A stretch of DNA of 36,027 nucleotides from Acholeplasma sp. (GCA_036677365.1 JAVBWN010000020.1:1-36027); one strand, 5' to 3'. Counted from the stretch's first letter, positions 8,870-18,464 are shown. Numbers and translations: made by a program. Notes: a model not told the origin generated them from the letters alone.

Positions 8870-9395
8870 ATGTTGCGTATTTGTGTGCAATGGAACTCGC
8901 AGCGGCTGAAGCGATGGCACCGACAATATCGTCTAAGAACGTATTACAATGCCCTTCTTCCTTACCAGCGTCGTCAATCGTACCAATGATACCAGGTTTG
9001 AGTTTATCGACATAACCGAAATTGGTCAAACCAATCGAACCATAGACATTGACAATCGAGAGTGCCAAAATCTCATCGATACCAAATAGACCATAGTCTC
9101 CAAGCATCATCGAGAGTAGTGGTTCACTGATGATTTTTTGTTCAGCAAGCACATCTAGTTCGATACCAACCAGTACAGCGTGTTGAACTTCACGTTTTAA
9201 AATGACACGGTCAACATGTTCTAAACACAGTTCAATGGTAAGGTTTTGAACGTATGGTTTTTGAAGGTCAAATGTGATTTTCGCGATATCAATCAATTCA
9301 ACCCCACGGTCTTTTAAACGTTGTTTGATGATGTCGTATTTCTTCGTATCGTTCAAACGGTTGTACTCTTTTTTACTTAAAGTAGTTTCACTCAT
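8868..9395 (-). CDS. Phosphatidylglycerophosphatase A family protein (YutG-like)
   Basis: KREVQHAVLVGIELD, GIDEILALSIVNVYGSIGLTNFGYVDKLKPGII, FLDDIVGAIASAAA; RBS AAGGAGG. Confidence 0.85.
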   Translation of the reverse strand: MSETTLSKKEYNRLNDTKKYDIIKQRLKDRGVELIDIAKITFDLQKPYVQNLTIELCLEHVDRVILKREVQHAVLVGIELDVLAEQKIISEPLLSMMLGDYGLFGIDEILALSIVNVYGSIGLTNFGYVDKLKPGIIGTIDDAGKEEGHCNTFLDDIVGAIASAAASSIAHKYAT

Positions 9396-9588
9396 GGGTA
9401 GGCCTCCTTTCCTATTTTTGTGAGGGAAGTTTATTATAACACGTCTATTTTGAATGTCAATGCTTTTGATGCTATTTTGGTTATAATCTTTTCTAAAATG
9501 TTGTATTTTAGTGGTCTATTCGAAGAATTTAGATAAACGATTTCTTTCAAATAATGTTATGATGGATATATGAAAGATTGAGGTATGT

Positions 9589-10473
9589 ATGTCGAATTTA
9601 GAATTCATCCAAAAACGCATCGAAGCGGATTATCCAAACCATGTTCATGATATTATTAATGGGTTAAAAGCCTCAAAAAAGGTGACATTCCGCGTCAACA
9701 CACTAAAAACAACGGTTGAAGCAGTTTTAAGTGTTTTAGCATCCCAAAAACTCAAAGTATCCGAAGTATCTTGGAGCAATACCGCCTTCATTTTAGAAAA
9801 TGGCACTGAAAAAGATTTGTGGTCATTGCCCATCTATACTGAAGGGCACATTTATATTCAAAACTTATCGTCGATGTTACCACCGATTGTGTTAAACCCA
9901 CTCAAAGGGGATATTTTAGACATGGCAGCTGCCCCAGGGGGTAAAACCACACAGATGGCTGCGATGACACATTCAATGGCCAACATCACTGCCTGTGAAC
10001 AAAACCCCATCCGAGCTCAAAAACTCAAATATAACTTAGATAAACAAGGCGCAACCAAAGTGACTGTGATCACCAAAGATGCGCGACAACTCGATGATTT
10101 TTTCAGGTTTGATCATATCTTATTGGATGCGCCGTGTAGTGGGTCTGGTACACTCGATTTAAATGATGAAAAATCTTTAAATAACTTCACAGACCACCTT
10201 ATTTTAAAATCCACTCAAACCCAAAAAGCGTTGATCCTAAAAGCAATTGACCTCTTAAAACCGAAACAAACCCTGGTATATTCTACCTGTTCACTTTTAA
10301 AACAAGAAAACGAAGACATCATCCGGGTCGCACTGAAAACCAACAAAATAGAGCTTGTACCCATTGAATTAAACATCAAAGGCATTTTACCATCGACACT
10401 CCCAGGGGTCATCACTGTGATGCCTAGCGAAACATATGAAGGCTTTTTCATTGCCTTATTAAGGAAAAAATAA
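9589..10473 (+). CDS. RsmB/RsmF (NOL1/NOP2/Sun) family RNA m5C methyltransferase
   Basis: RVNTLK, LDMAAAPGGKTT, LLDAPCSG, YSTCS and EGFFIA motifs. Confidence 0.9.
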   Translation: MSNLEFIQKRIEADYPNHVHDIINGLKASKKVTFRVNTLKTTVEAVLSVLASQKLKVSEVSWSNTAFILENGTEKDLWSLPIYTEGHIYIQNLSSMLPPIVLNPLKGDILDMAAAPGGKTTQMAAMTHSMANITACEQNPIRAQKLKYNLDKQGATKVTVITKDARQLDDFFRFDHILLDAPCSGSGTLDLNDEKSLNNFTDHLILKSTQTQKALILKAIDLLKPKQTLVYSTCSLLKQENEDIIRVALKTNKIELVPIELNIKGILPSTLPGVITVMPSETYEGFFIALLRKK

Positions 10474-10474
10474 C

Positions 10475-11308
10475 ATGGCCATCATCACATATAAAGTTCA
10501 CCCATCGTTTCATCAAAAAACATTGAAAGAATTCTTTGATTTTTATCATGTGGGTAAAAAAAATCAATACAAACTGACCCTCCAAGGGGTATTCATTGAT
10601 GGTCAAAAAGCCATCAAAGAGCACCATTTAGCGATGGGTCAAACACTCACCATCCATGTCGAAGATGAGATTTTACCGATGGCTTTAAAAGCACCAATCG
10701 ATGTTATCTATGAAGACGATGACCTCTTAATCGTCAATAAACCGATCGACTTATTGGTCCATACCGATGGGATTGCAAAAGATGATTTGAATCAACGGGT
10801 CGCTTATTATATGGCCAAAAAAGGTCATAAACAAGCCGTATTGCCAGCCCACCGCTTGGATAAAGACACCTCTGGTATGGTAATTTATGCGAAACACATC
10901 CTCGCTTTGAGCTATTTATCGCACTTGTTTGAAAGTCATCAAATGGAAAAAACGTATGTTGCATTAACCACCCCAAATTTGAGACAAAAAAAGGGTCGTA
11001 TCGATAAAGCGATTGGTTCAAGCAGACATGAAGACAAGCAAATCATCCATGACCAAGGCCAATCGGCGTTGAGTTTATACGAAGTCATCGATCAAAACGC
11101 ATCTTACGCAAGACTTCATGTGTCGATTTTAGGTGGCAGAAAACACCAAATCCGAGTTCACCTTGCCTTCATTGGTCATCCGATTTTAGGGGATAAGCTG
11201 TATGGTGGCTTGCCTTATGAGCGATTGGCTTTGCATTTTCATCGCGTGTCTTTCATCCATCCAAAATCTTTAGAAAAAGTGACATTTGAATCGAAAGTAC
11301 CATTTTAG
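10475..11308 (+). CDS. RluA-family pseudouridine synthase
   Basis: IYEDDDLLIVNKP, HRLDKDTSG, GRKHQIRVH, GHPILGDKLYG. Confidence 0.92.
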   Translation: MAIITYKVHPSFHQKTLKEFFDFYHVGKKNQYKLTLQGVFIDGQKAIKEHHLAMGQTLTIHVEDEILPMALKAPIDVIYEDDDLLIVNKPIDLLVHTDGIAKDDLNQRVAYYMAKKGHKQAVLPAHRLDKDTSGMVIYAKHILALSYLSHLFESHQMEKTYVALTTPNLRQKKGRIDKAIGSSRHEDKQIIHDQGQSALSLYEVIDQNASYARLHVSILGGRKHQIRVHLAFIGHPILGDKLYGGLPYERLALHFHRVSFIHPKSLEKVTFESKVPF

Positions 11309-11340
11309 TGGTAAAATACAAATTAGGACGGTAATATACA

Positions 11341-12408
11341 ATGAAAAAACTGTTTAAATGGATTTTAAAAATAGTTGTACTGATCATTTTGGTGGCAGGT
11401 GGCTTTGTGGGCTACTTAACATTAACAGAATACAAACCTGAACCGATTGAAACGGTGGATATTGAACAAAACCCAACCAATCGAGTCGCAGCGAACCAAA
11501 CGTTGACCTTCATGACATTCAATACGGGTTATGCGGGTTTAGGTGAGGATGAAGATTTCGTCATGGATGGCGGACAAAAAGGCAGACCCGATAACAAATC
11601 GGTGGTTGAAGGGTATTTGTCAGGGATTGAAAATCTCATCACCTCAAATGTGGCTGATTTTTATTTACTTCAAGAAGTCGATTTAAAGGCGAGAAGAAGC
11701 TTTGATATCGATCAAGTCAACCATTATAAAGCATTGTTACCAACGTATCATTCCACCTTTGCTTATAACTTTAACGCTGTATTCGTACCATTCCCAGTCT
11801 CCTTGACCGATTATATTGGACCAGTCAAAAGTGGGATTCAAACGTTAGGCCGATTTGAAGTGGAGTCTTCAGAACGTCATCAATTTCCAGGTGAATTCAG
11901 TTGGCCACTTAGGGTTGCGAATTTAAAACGCGCTATGATGGTTAATACATATACAATTACTGGGTCGACTAAGAAATTGGTGGTTGTCAACTTACATATG
12001 TCTGCTTATGATGGCGATGGGTCATTAAGAGCTCAAGAAATGGGTTATTTGAAAGCATTCATGGAAGCACAAACTGCTTTAGGCAATTATGTCATCATCG
12101 GTGGGGATTTCAATCAAACCTTCCCAACCGCCATCGATGTGTATCCAACCAAACCAGGGTTGTATCAAGCCTATCCTATTGAATCGAGTTTCTTACCTGC
12201 GGGTTATCAATGGGGCATCGACATCACAGAACCAACGTGTCGACTACTCAATCAACCGTATGAACCAACCAGTGAATTGACTCAATATTACATCATCGAT
12301 GGCTTCATTGTCTCAAATAATATCACTGTGGGTTCAGTCCAAGTGATTCAAGATGACTTCCAATTCAGTGACCATAACCCCGTATTCATGACAGTCACAC
12401 TCAATTAA
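11341..12408 (+). CDS. Membrane-anchored endonuclease/exonuclease/phosphatase family protein
   Basis: N-terminal TM; TFNTGY, LQEVD, NLHMSAY, GGDFN, IDGF and SDHNPV motifs. Confidence 0.85.
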   Translation: MKKLFKWILKIVVLIILVAGGFVGYLTLTEYKPEPIETVDIEQNPTNRVAANQTLTFMTFNTGYAGLGEDEDFVMDGGQKGRPDNKSVVEGYLSGIENLITSNVADFYLLQEVDLKARRSFDIDQVNHYKALLPTYHSTFAYNFNAVFVPFPVSLTDYIGPVKSGIQTLGRFEVESSERHQFPGEFSWPLRVANLKRAMMVNTYTITGSTKKLVVVNLHMSAYDGDGSLRAQEMGYLKAFMEAQTALGNYVIIGGDFNQTFPTAIDVYPTKPGLYQAYPIESSFLPAGYQWGIDITEPTCRLLNQPYEPTSELTQYYIIDGFIVSNNITVGSVQVIQDDFQFSDHNPVFMTVTLN

Positions 12409-12441
12409 AAAACAAGGACGCCCAAAATGGACGTCCTTTTA
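12407..12441. terminator. Terminator between convergent genes
   Basis: AAGGACG-CCCAAAATGGA-CGTCCTT with flanking A/T runs. Confidence 0.65.
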
Positions 12442-12445
12442 TTCA

Positions 12446-13330
12446 TCATAATAGAGTTGCGAGCGCAATCGAGTTGAATTTGGTCTCATCGCTATCGGCA
12501 CGAGAGGTTAAGACAATCGGATGGGTAGCGCCACAAACGATACTGGCACTCTTGGCATCGGATAAAAACATCAAGGCTTTATAGAGGATATTACCGGCTT
12601 CAATCGCTGGCATCAACAAGAAATCAACATCGCCTGCCATCGGGTCATGAACACCCTTATGTAAAGCGGCTTCTTTATTGATGGCGTTATCTAGTCCAAA
12701 GGGACCAGCGATTTGATAAGTAGAATCGGTGTGAGATTCGATTAAAATTTGAGCATCTGTGGTCGCAACCATCTTAGGATTGACCTTTTCAACGGCTGCG
12801 ATGATGCCCACATTTGGTTTTTCAATACCGATGTTATGAAGTACTTCAACTCCATTTAAAATAATCTCTTTTTTGAGTTCAACATCGGGTGCGATGTTCA
12901 TCGCAGCATCGGATAAAAGAAGCAATTTATGGTAATGTTTGAGTTCCAATAATGTGATGTGCGATAGACGTCTTTTACCACGGATACCGAAATCTTTATC
13001 CAATACAGCCTTAAGCAATATCGATGTATCAATCAAGCCTTTCATCAAGATATCGCCTTCGCCTTGACGAATCATGTAAGCGGCTTGTTTACAAGCTTCG
13101 ACCCCGTTCGGTTCATCGATGATGTGATACGCTTTTAAATCATAATGGAGTGAGTTGAGTTCGTGTGTAATGGCAATCTCATCCCCCACCAAGATGGGTT
13201 TAATATTTAAAACTTGTCTGGCATGTTCCACGGCTTTTAATACATAAGGATCATTCGCTACCGCTACCACCAATCGTTTTTGAGGTTTGGATTGGGCGAG
13301 TTCAATTAAATCTTGAATGGTTTTAGGCAT
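12446..13330 (-). CDS. ptb: Phosphate butyryltransferase / phosphate acyltransferase
   Basis: ILMKGLIDT, SDAAMNIAP, GPFGLDNA, IEAGNILYK, PIVLTSRAD; start at ATG 13330 (MPKTIQ) after GGAGG inside buk. Confidence 0.88.
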   Translation of the reverse strand: MPKTIQDLIELAQSKPQKRLVVAVANDPYVLKAVEHARQVLNIKPILVGDEIAITHELNSLHYDLKAYHIIDEPNGVEACKQAAYMIRQGEGDILMKGLIDTSILLKAVLDKDFGIRGKRRLSHITLLELKHYHKLLLLSDAAMNIAPDVELKKEIILNGVEVLHNIGIEKPNVGIIAAVEKVNPKMVATTDAQILIESHTDSTYQIAGPFGLDNAINKEAALHKGVHDPMAGDVDFLLMPAIEAGNILYKALMFLSDAKSASIVCGATHPIVLTSRADSDETKFNSIALATLL

Positions 13331-14393
13331 AGGTTTTGACCTCCTCAATTTGATTGAGCACCCGTAACGCGCCTTCAGCAAGTGCAAGCATTTCATCTTC
13401 ACCTGGGTAAATATGGACTGGTGCAATGAATGACACACGAGCAGTAATCAAATCTGTCGTAAGTTTATTATAAGCAAATCCACCGGTTAAAATGATGGCG
13501 TCTACTTGTCCTTTTAAGACAGTGGAAGCAGCCCCGATTTCTTTCGCTATTTGATAGCACATGACTTCATGGATTTTGGTAGCAAGCGCATCACCAGCTT
13601 GGATGCGTTTCATGATTTCCATACCATCATTGGTACCTAAATAAGCTACCATCCCACCTTCACCATAGTTTTTACGCTTGATGTCCTCCAAGGTATACTG
13701 ACCGGAAAAACACATTTTATATAGTGGACCAAGTGGGACCGACCCACTGCGTTCTGGTGACATTGGCCCATCGCCATCTAAAGCATTATTGACATCGATG
13801 ACTTTGCCACGTTCATGGCTACCCACAGAAATCCCACCACCCAAGTGGGCAATGATGAGATTTAAAGATTCATAAGGTTTACCTAAATCCTTTGAAGCCC
13901 TTTTCGCCACCGCTTTTTGATTCAAAGCGTGGAAAGTTGAGACACGTTCGATTTCTTTCATGCCTGTATAACGGGCTAAATCGTGCATTTCATCGACAAC
14001 CACGGGGTCAACGATAAAGGCTTTAATACCTAAAGGTTGAGCAATCGCATCCGCGATCAAAGCCCCTAAATTCGAAGCATGTTCACCGCGAATGGCATTT
14101 CTTAAATCGCTTTTCATCGCTTCATTGACCTGGTATGTCCCAGAAGCCAATGGTTTGAGAAGACCACCACGACCCACAACAGCGGTGAGTTTTTGAACAT
14201 CATAACCCGCTTCTAAAATAAAATCCAAAATCGCTTGCTTTCTGAAATCATACTGGTCAATCATTCGTTTGAATTGTTTTAAAGTGCTTGGGTCATGTGA
14301 AATGGTTTTTTTAATCAATTGGGTTTGATTTTCAAATAAGGCTACTTTGGTTGAAGTAGAACCTGGGTTGATGATCAATAGTCTATGGGTCAT
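13323..14393 (-). CDS. buk: Butyrate kinase
   Basis: LIINPGSTSTK, VGRGGLL, HASNLG, DPVVVDE, HALNQKA, AHLGGGISV, YPGEDEM. Confidence 0.95.
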   Translation of the reverse strand: MTHRLLIINPGSTSTKVALFENQTQLIKKTISHDPSTLKQFKRMIDQYDFRKQAILDFILEAGYDVQKLTAVVGRGGLLKPLASGTYQVNEAMKSDLRNAIRGEHASNLGALIADAIAQPLGIKAFIVDPVVVDEMHDLARYTGMKEIERVSTFHALNQKAVAKRASKDLGKPYESLNLIIAHLGGGISVGSHERGKVIDVNNALDGDGPMSPERSGSVPLGPLYKMCFSGQYTLEDIKRKNYGEGGMVAYLGTNDGMEIMKRIQAGDALATKIHEVMCYQIAKEIGAASTVLKGQVDAIILTGGFAYNKLTTDLITARVSFIAPVHIYPGEDEMLALAEGALRVLNQIEEVKTYA

Positions 14394-14454
14394 ATGGGCT
14401 CCTTGAAATCGAATTATCTAATTTCATTATACCAATAAAAAGTCGTTTTTCTAA

Positions 14455-14476
14455 GAAAAAAAGCCCAATCGGGCTT
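14455..14476 (-). terminator. Intrinsic terminator
   Basis: AAGCCC-AATC-GGGCTT with an A-run on + (U-run on -). Confidence 0.65.
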
Positions 14477-14480
14477 CATC

Positions 14481-15122
14481 CTATAAGGATTCGATTTTCT
14501 TTAAGAATTCTTCAACCGGTTGGTTACCAAGAAGTTCAATCTTGTCGTTGATGACAATTTTTGGTACACCAGAGACATTATACTTTGTAGACAAATCATA
14601 GAAGGTTTGGGCTTCAATCATTTCACCTTTAACGTTACTGTTGAGCATCGCTAAGCGGTGCGCTGTTTGTACAGCACCTGGGCAATGTGGGCAGCTTAAA
14701 GTGACGAATACTTTGATATCTACAGGTTTGTTGATTTTCGCAATTCTTTCTAAGACTTTATCAGAAAACTTAAATTCAACCCCAGACATTTCCATGATGG
14801 CAGAAATGAATGAATTGATTTCATGACCTGCAGGAATCCCGTTGAACTTCACACCACGGTATGTGCCTTTTTCATCTAAGAAGATGAAGGCTGGGGTTCT
14901 TTCAATGCCATAAGTGACTAAATCATCGCCTGCATCCGCAAGTTCAATGATATCTAAGTTAATTTTATCGGATAACTCTGCAGTTTCAGATAACAATTGT
15001 TTGGTTTCTTGGCAAGTATCACAGTTGCCATCGACGTATAATTTGATGGTGATTGGGTTGACCATCCCTTTAAAAATGTCTTTAATTTGATTCGCTACAT
15101 CTTGTGAAAATAGTTTTTCCAT
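14481..15122 (-). CDS. Two-domain thioredoxin-like protein (AhpF N-terminal domain / protein-disulfide oxidoreductase)
   Basis: CDTC and CPHC motifs, GIPAGHEINSFI, VSGVPK; start MEKLF after RBS AAGGAG. Confidence 0.88.
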   Translation of the reverse strand: MEKLFSQDVANQIKDIFKGMVNPITIKLYVDGNCDTCQETKQLLSETAELSDKINLDIIELADAGDDLVTYGIERTPAFIFLDEKGTYRGVKFNGIPAGHEINSFISAIMEMSGVEFKFSDKVLERIAKINKPVDIKVFVTLSCPHCPGAVQTAHRLAMLNSNVKGEMIEAQTFYDLSTKYNVSGVPKIVINDKIELLGNQPVEEFLKKIESL

Positions 15123-15123
15123 C

Positions 15124-16095
15124 TTATTTATCTCCTTTTTGATTGATGAATGAGGTTGCACTTAAGGCTGCAACAGCGCCTTCGGAAGTGGCGATGATGA
15201 TTTGCTTGTTTGGGTTATCTGTGACATCCCCTGCCGCGTATAAACCGGGTATTGAGGTTTGTTGGAAACGATCGACCTTGATTTCTTTCGAATCGTTTAA
15301 TTCAACCAAACCTTCTAGTAGCGTCGAATTTGGAATATGTCCGATTTCGATGAATATGCCATCGGCTTCAATGACCGATTCGGTTTGTGTTTTCTTATCG
15401 AAGACGCGTACTCCCGTCATCGTGATGTCCCCTTGGATTTCAAGGATTTGGGTTTCTAAGTGGATATTTACATTGGGCAGGGCTTTGATTTGATCCACGG
15501 TGGTTTGGTCACCTTTGAATTGACTTCTATGCACAATCGTAACTTTCGATGCGATTCTCGATAAATCGATGACAGCGTCTAAAGCACTGTTTCCACCACC
15601 AGCCACGATGACGTGTCTTTTTTTGAAGAATGGGGCATCACAGGTCACACAGTAGGAGACCCCTTTCGAAGCATACAACTGTTCACCAGGGACACCCAGT
15701 TTTCTTGGGTTACCACCAAACGCATACAACAATGTTTTGGTTCTTAAGGTTTCACCATTGTCTAAACCGATTTCGAATAGATCGTTTTTTTGAATTGAAG
15801 TCACCTTAACTTCAGTGAGCATGGGTACTTCAAGTGCGGTGATGTGGTCTTTAAATTTTTGAATCATCATACTCGCATCGATATTTCCTAACCCTAGATA
15901 GTTATCGACGTCGCTGGTATTGTTGAGTTGTCCGCCCAAATCGTATCCGACCAATAGTGTTTTTAGGCCTTTACGCTTTGCATATAAAGCCCCGTTCATC
16001 CCCGCAGGACCAAGTCCTAAAGCGATGAAGTCGTATGTGGTTTGATAATCAATTAAAGCGGTTTTTGGTTTTTCAATTTGGAAGTTAAACATCAT
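15124..16095 (-). CDS. trxB: Thioredoxin reductase-like FAD oxidoreductase (TrxB / AhpF C-terminal type)
   Basis: GLGPAG, GVSYCVTCDA, GGGNSA, GLYAAGDV, KQIIIA. Confidence 0.85.
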   Translation of the reverse strand: MMFNFQIEKPKTALIDYQTTYDFIALGLGPAGMNGALYAKRKGLKTLLVGYDLGGQLNNTSDVDNYLGLGNIDASMMIQKFKDHITALEVPMLTEVKVTSIQKNDLFEIGLDNGETLRTKTLLYAFGGNPRKLGVPGEQLYASKGVSYCVTCDAPFFKKRHVIVAGGGNSALDAVIDLSRIASKVTIVHRSQFKGDQTTVDQIKALPNVNIHLETQILEIQGDITMTGVRVFDKKTQTESVIEADGIFIEIGHIPNSTLLEGLVELNDSKEIKVDRFQQTSIPGLYAAGDVTDNPNKQIIIATSEGAVAALSATSFINQKGDK

Positions 16096-16114
16096 AAAAC
16101 CACCTTTCACTCCT

Positions 16115-16143
16115 ATTATAAGGGGACGAATGTTGAATTACAA
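16115..16143 (-). promoter_or_regulatory. Promoter for the trxB-like operon, overlapping the upstream gene's stop codon
   Basis: Minus strand TTGTAA, 17 bp, TATAAT. Confidence 0.55.
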
Positions 16144-16806
16144 CTGGTTTGCTTCAGACTTGATGATTTTAGAGACCATCGAAGGACTGATTTCAAATAA
16201 GTTGGCTAAATCCTTTAAGCTACAACCTGTTTCACGGTATATTTCAAGGATGCACTGATTTCTGAGTTCTTTATTGTTTATGATGTCTTCACGTGTGCAG
16301 TGGTGGTCATCACACAACAATTTGATTTTTTCAGGAATTTCGAGTTTTTGAATCGGCTTCATATCAAACGGTTGATTGGTGTAATAATCGATGAGTTGCA
16401 TCGAATCCTCGCGTGCGCCTTTATAATAACAGAGTGACGCGTAAGGTGAGTCTTTTTGATGGAGTTGATCAAACGCTTTAGCCATATCTGCTGGATTTTT
16501 AATTGGATAGCTCTTGTAACGTTCTTTGTAGAGTTTTTCATCACTCGCGTAGTATTTTGCATAGGCAATCATCAACGATTGCATGATTTTTGAAATCGTT
16601 TGATGTTTGACATGGATGATCAAACCGAAGCGGTCATCGTCACATAAAGAAAAGCCATAACAAGCAAATTGGTATTTGGATTTGGTCTCTTTAAGCAAGG
16701 ATAAAAACTGTTTTCGATCGGTATCGTTACGAAACAGTTGGAGTTCGCTTTTCTGAATGATCAAAAAAACATTGGATGCTATTTTATTACGAGCCATTCT
16801 GGGCAT
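16138..16806 (-). CDS. Y1/RAYT (REP-associated tyrosine transposase)-derived protein lacking HUH and catalytic Tyr, with C-terminal HTH
   Basis: MPRxAR start, LF.NDTDRKQFLSLL, ISKIMQSL..YA, LYKERYKS match the RAYT pattern. The expected NHxH position reads DRFG and the expected RYIH position reads DQLH. C-terminal SLKDLANLFEISPSMVSKII is HTH-like. Confidence 0.7.
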   Translation of the reverse strand: MPRMARNKIASNVFLIIQKSELQLFRNDTDRKQFLSLLKETKSKYQFACYGFSLCDDDRFGLIIHVKHQTISKIMQSLMIAYAKYYASDEKLYKERYKSYPIKNPADMAKAFDQLHQKDSPYASLCYYKGAREDSMQLIDYYTNQPFDMKPIQKLEIPEKIKLLCDDHHCTREDIINNKELRNQCILEIYRETGCSLKDLANLFEISPSMVSKIIKSEANQL

Positions 16807-17044
16807 ACAAACACCTCTATAATAGTTATATCACTTATAGGCCATTAAAGGCAAAAAATCGCACAAAATTTAACACTTTATGGCGTATTATCGGCCTAAA
16901 TAGACAAAAACTTGAAAAAACCCATAACCGCTTAAGGTTGCAGTTATGAGAGATAAAGAATGTAAATTTATAGTTTTTTTTAAAACATATTGCATATACA
17001 GGATTTTTATTATAAAATGAATACGTTGAAAGGAAGATGAACAC

Positions 17045-18448
17045 ATGCCACAAGTTTTAACTGCTTTAGTCTTAGTCTTAGTTGCACTGATTGTTTTATT
17101 TGTCATGTCCTATGTCAAGGTTCGTCCAGACAAGGCCGTCATCATCACCGGACCTAGAGGGTCCCGTATCGTTACTGGGAAGGCGACCATTCGTATCCCA
17201 TTTATTCAAAGAATCGACTATTTACCACTTGACCTTATTCAGGTAGATATTCGTACTTCATCCGCTGTACCAACCAACGAATTTATCAATATTTTTGTCG
17301 ATGGTGTAGCAAACATCAAGATTCAATCTGATGAAGGATCCATCCGACTCGCAGGGGAAATTTTCTTAACGAGATCATTAGAAGATGTTAAACAAATCGC
17401 AAAAGAAGTCTTAGAAGGTAACATGCGTGAAATCATTGGTCAAATGAAATTACGTGAACTTGTTCAAAACCGTGATAAGTTTGCTGAACAAGTTAAATTA
17501 TCCGCACTTGCTGATATGAAGAAGATGGGGTTAGACATCGTCAACATCACCATCCAAAACTTCGCAGACAAGAATGGCGTTATCGACGACCTTGGGGTCG
17601 ACAATATCGCACAAATCCGTAAGGATGCTTCGATTGCTAGAGCAAACTCCGAAAAAGAAGTTGAAATTGCCGTTTCACAAGCTAAGCAACTCTCCAACGA
17701 TGCAAGAATTAAGGCTGAACTTGAAATTGAATTACAAAACAACTCATTGGCTTTAAGACAAGCTGAATTGAAACAAAAAGCAGACATCGCGAAAGCGACT
17801 GCCGATGCTTCTTATGAAATTCAATTTGCGAACGAAGCGAAAACGATCAATATTTCTAAGCAAAATGCAGAAATTGCACGTCGCGAAAAGGAAATTGAAC
17901 TTCGTGGTAAAGAAGTCGAAGTTGAAGAAAAAACCCTTGAAGCCAGAATTAAAAAAGCTGCAGAAGCTGAACGTTATGCAAGAGAACAAAAAGCGGAAGC
18001 TGAATTATTCGTAAGAACCAAAGAGGCTGAAGCATTGCTAGCAGAACAAGAACGCGCTGCACGCGGTCTTAAACTTCAAGCGGAAGCTGAAAAGTATGCT
18101 CAAGAACAAAAAGCGATCGGTATTCAAGCCGTGGGTCTAGCTGAAGCAGAAGCAATCGAAAAGAAAGCCGAAGCGATGAAGAAGATGGAATCCGCCGCTG
18201 TCCTTGAATTAGTCCTTAAATCTGAAGTATTGCCTAACATCGTTAGAGCAGCTGCAGAACCTCTAACTCAAGTCGATAAGATTGTCATGTATGGCGATGG
18301 TAACAATACCAAACTCATGGGTGATATCGTCAATTCGAGTACTAAAGTACTGGAATCTGTTAAAGAAGCAACAGGGTTAGACCTTGCAAGCTTATTGGCA
18401 GGTTTCGCTACAGGCAAGTTAACACAAAAAGACGAACCAAAAGAATAA
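17045..18448 (+). CDS. Flotillin (SPFH/FloT-type) protein
   Basis: N-terminal TM, SPFH domain (VPTNEFINIFVDGVANIKI, EVLEGNMREIIG), long EA-rich coiled coil, AEPLTQVDKI. Confidence 0.92.
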   Translation: MPQVLTALVLVLVALIVLFVMSYVKVRPDKAVIITGPRGSRIVTGKATIRIPFIQRIDYLPLDLIQVDIRTSSAVPTNEFINIFVDGVANIKIQSDEGSIRLAGEIFLTRSLEDVKQIAKEVLEGNMREIIGQMKLRELVQNRDKFAEQVKLSALADMKKMGLDIVNITIQNFADKNGVIDDLGVDNIAQIRKDASIARANSEKEVEIAVSQAKQLSNDARIKAELEIELQNNSLALRQAELKQKADIAKATADASYEIQFANEAKTINISKQNAEIARREKEIELRGKEVEVEEKTLEARIKKAAEAERYAREQKAEAELFVRTKEAEALLAEQERAARGLKLQAEAEKYAQEQKAIGIQAVGLAEAEAIEKKAEAMKKMESAAVLELVLKSEVLPNIVRAAAEPLTQVDKIVMYGDGNNTKLMGDIVNSSTKVLESVKEATGLDLASLLAGFATGKLTQKDEPKE

Positions 18449-18464
18449 CAGAAATCATTTGGAG

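Noticed and set aside
8732..8926. 64-aa minus-strand ORF in the ORF track
   Set aside because: It crosses a bidirectional terminator; the + strand 35-aa ORF has the RBS and promoter support.
16835..17106. Two 72-aa minus-strand ORFs upstream of the RAYT-like gene
   Set aside because: No RBS or motifs; they overlap the flotillin start and promoter region.
17930..18180. Recurrent GCTGAA/GAAGC words resembling a DNA repeat array
   Set aside because: Explained by the Ala/Glu-rich flotillin coiled coil; no constant repeat-spacer periodicity.
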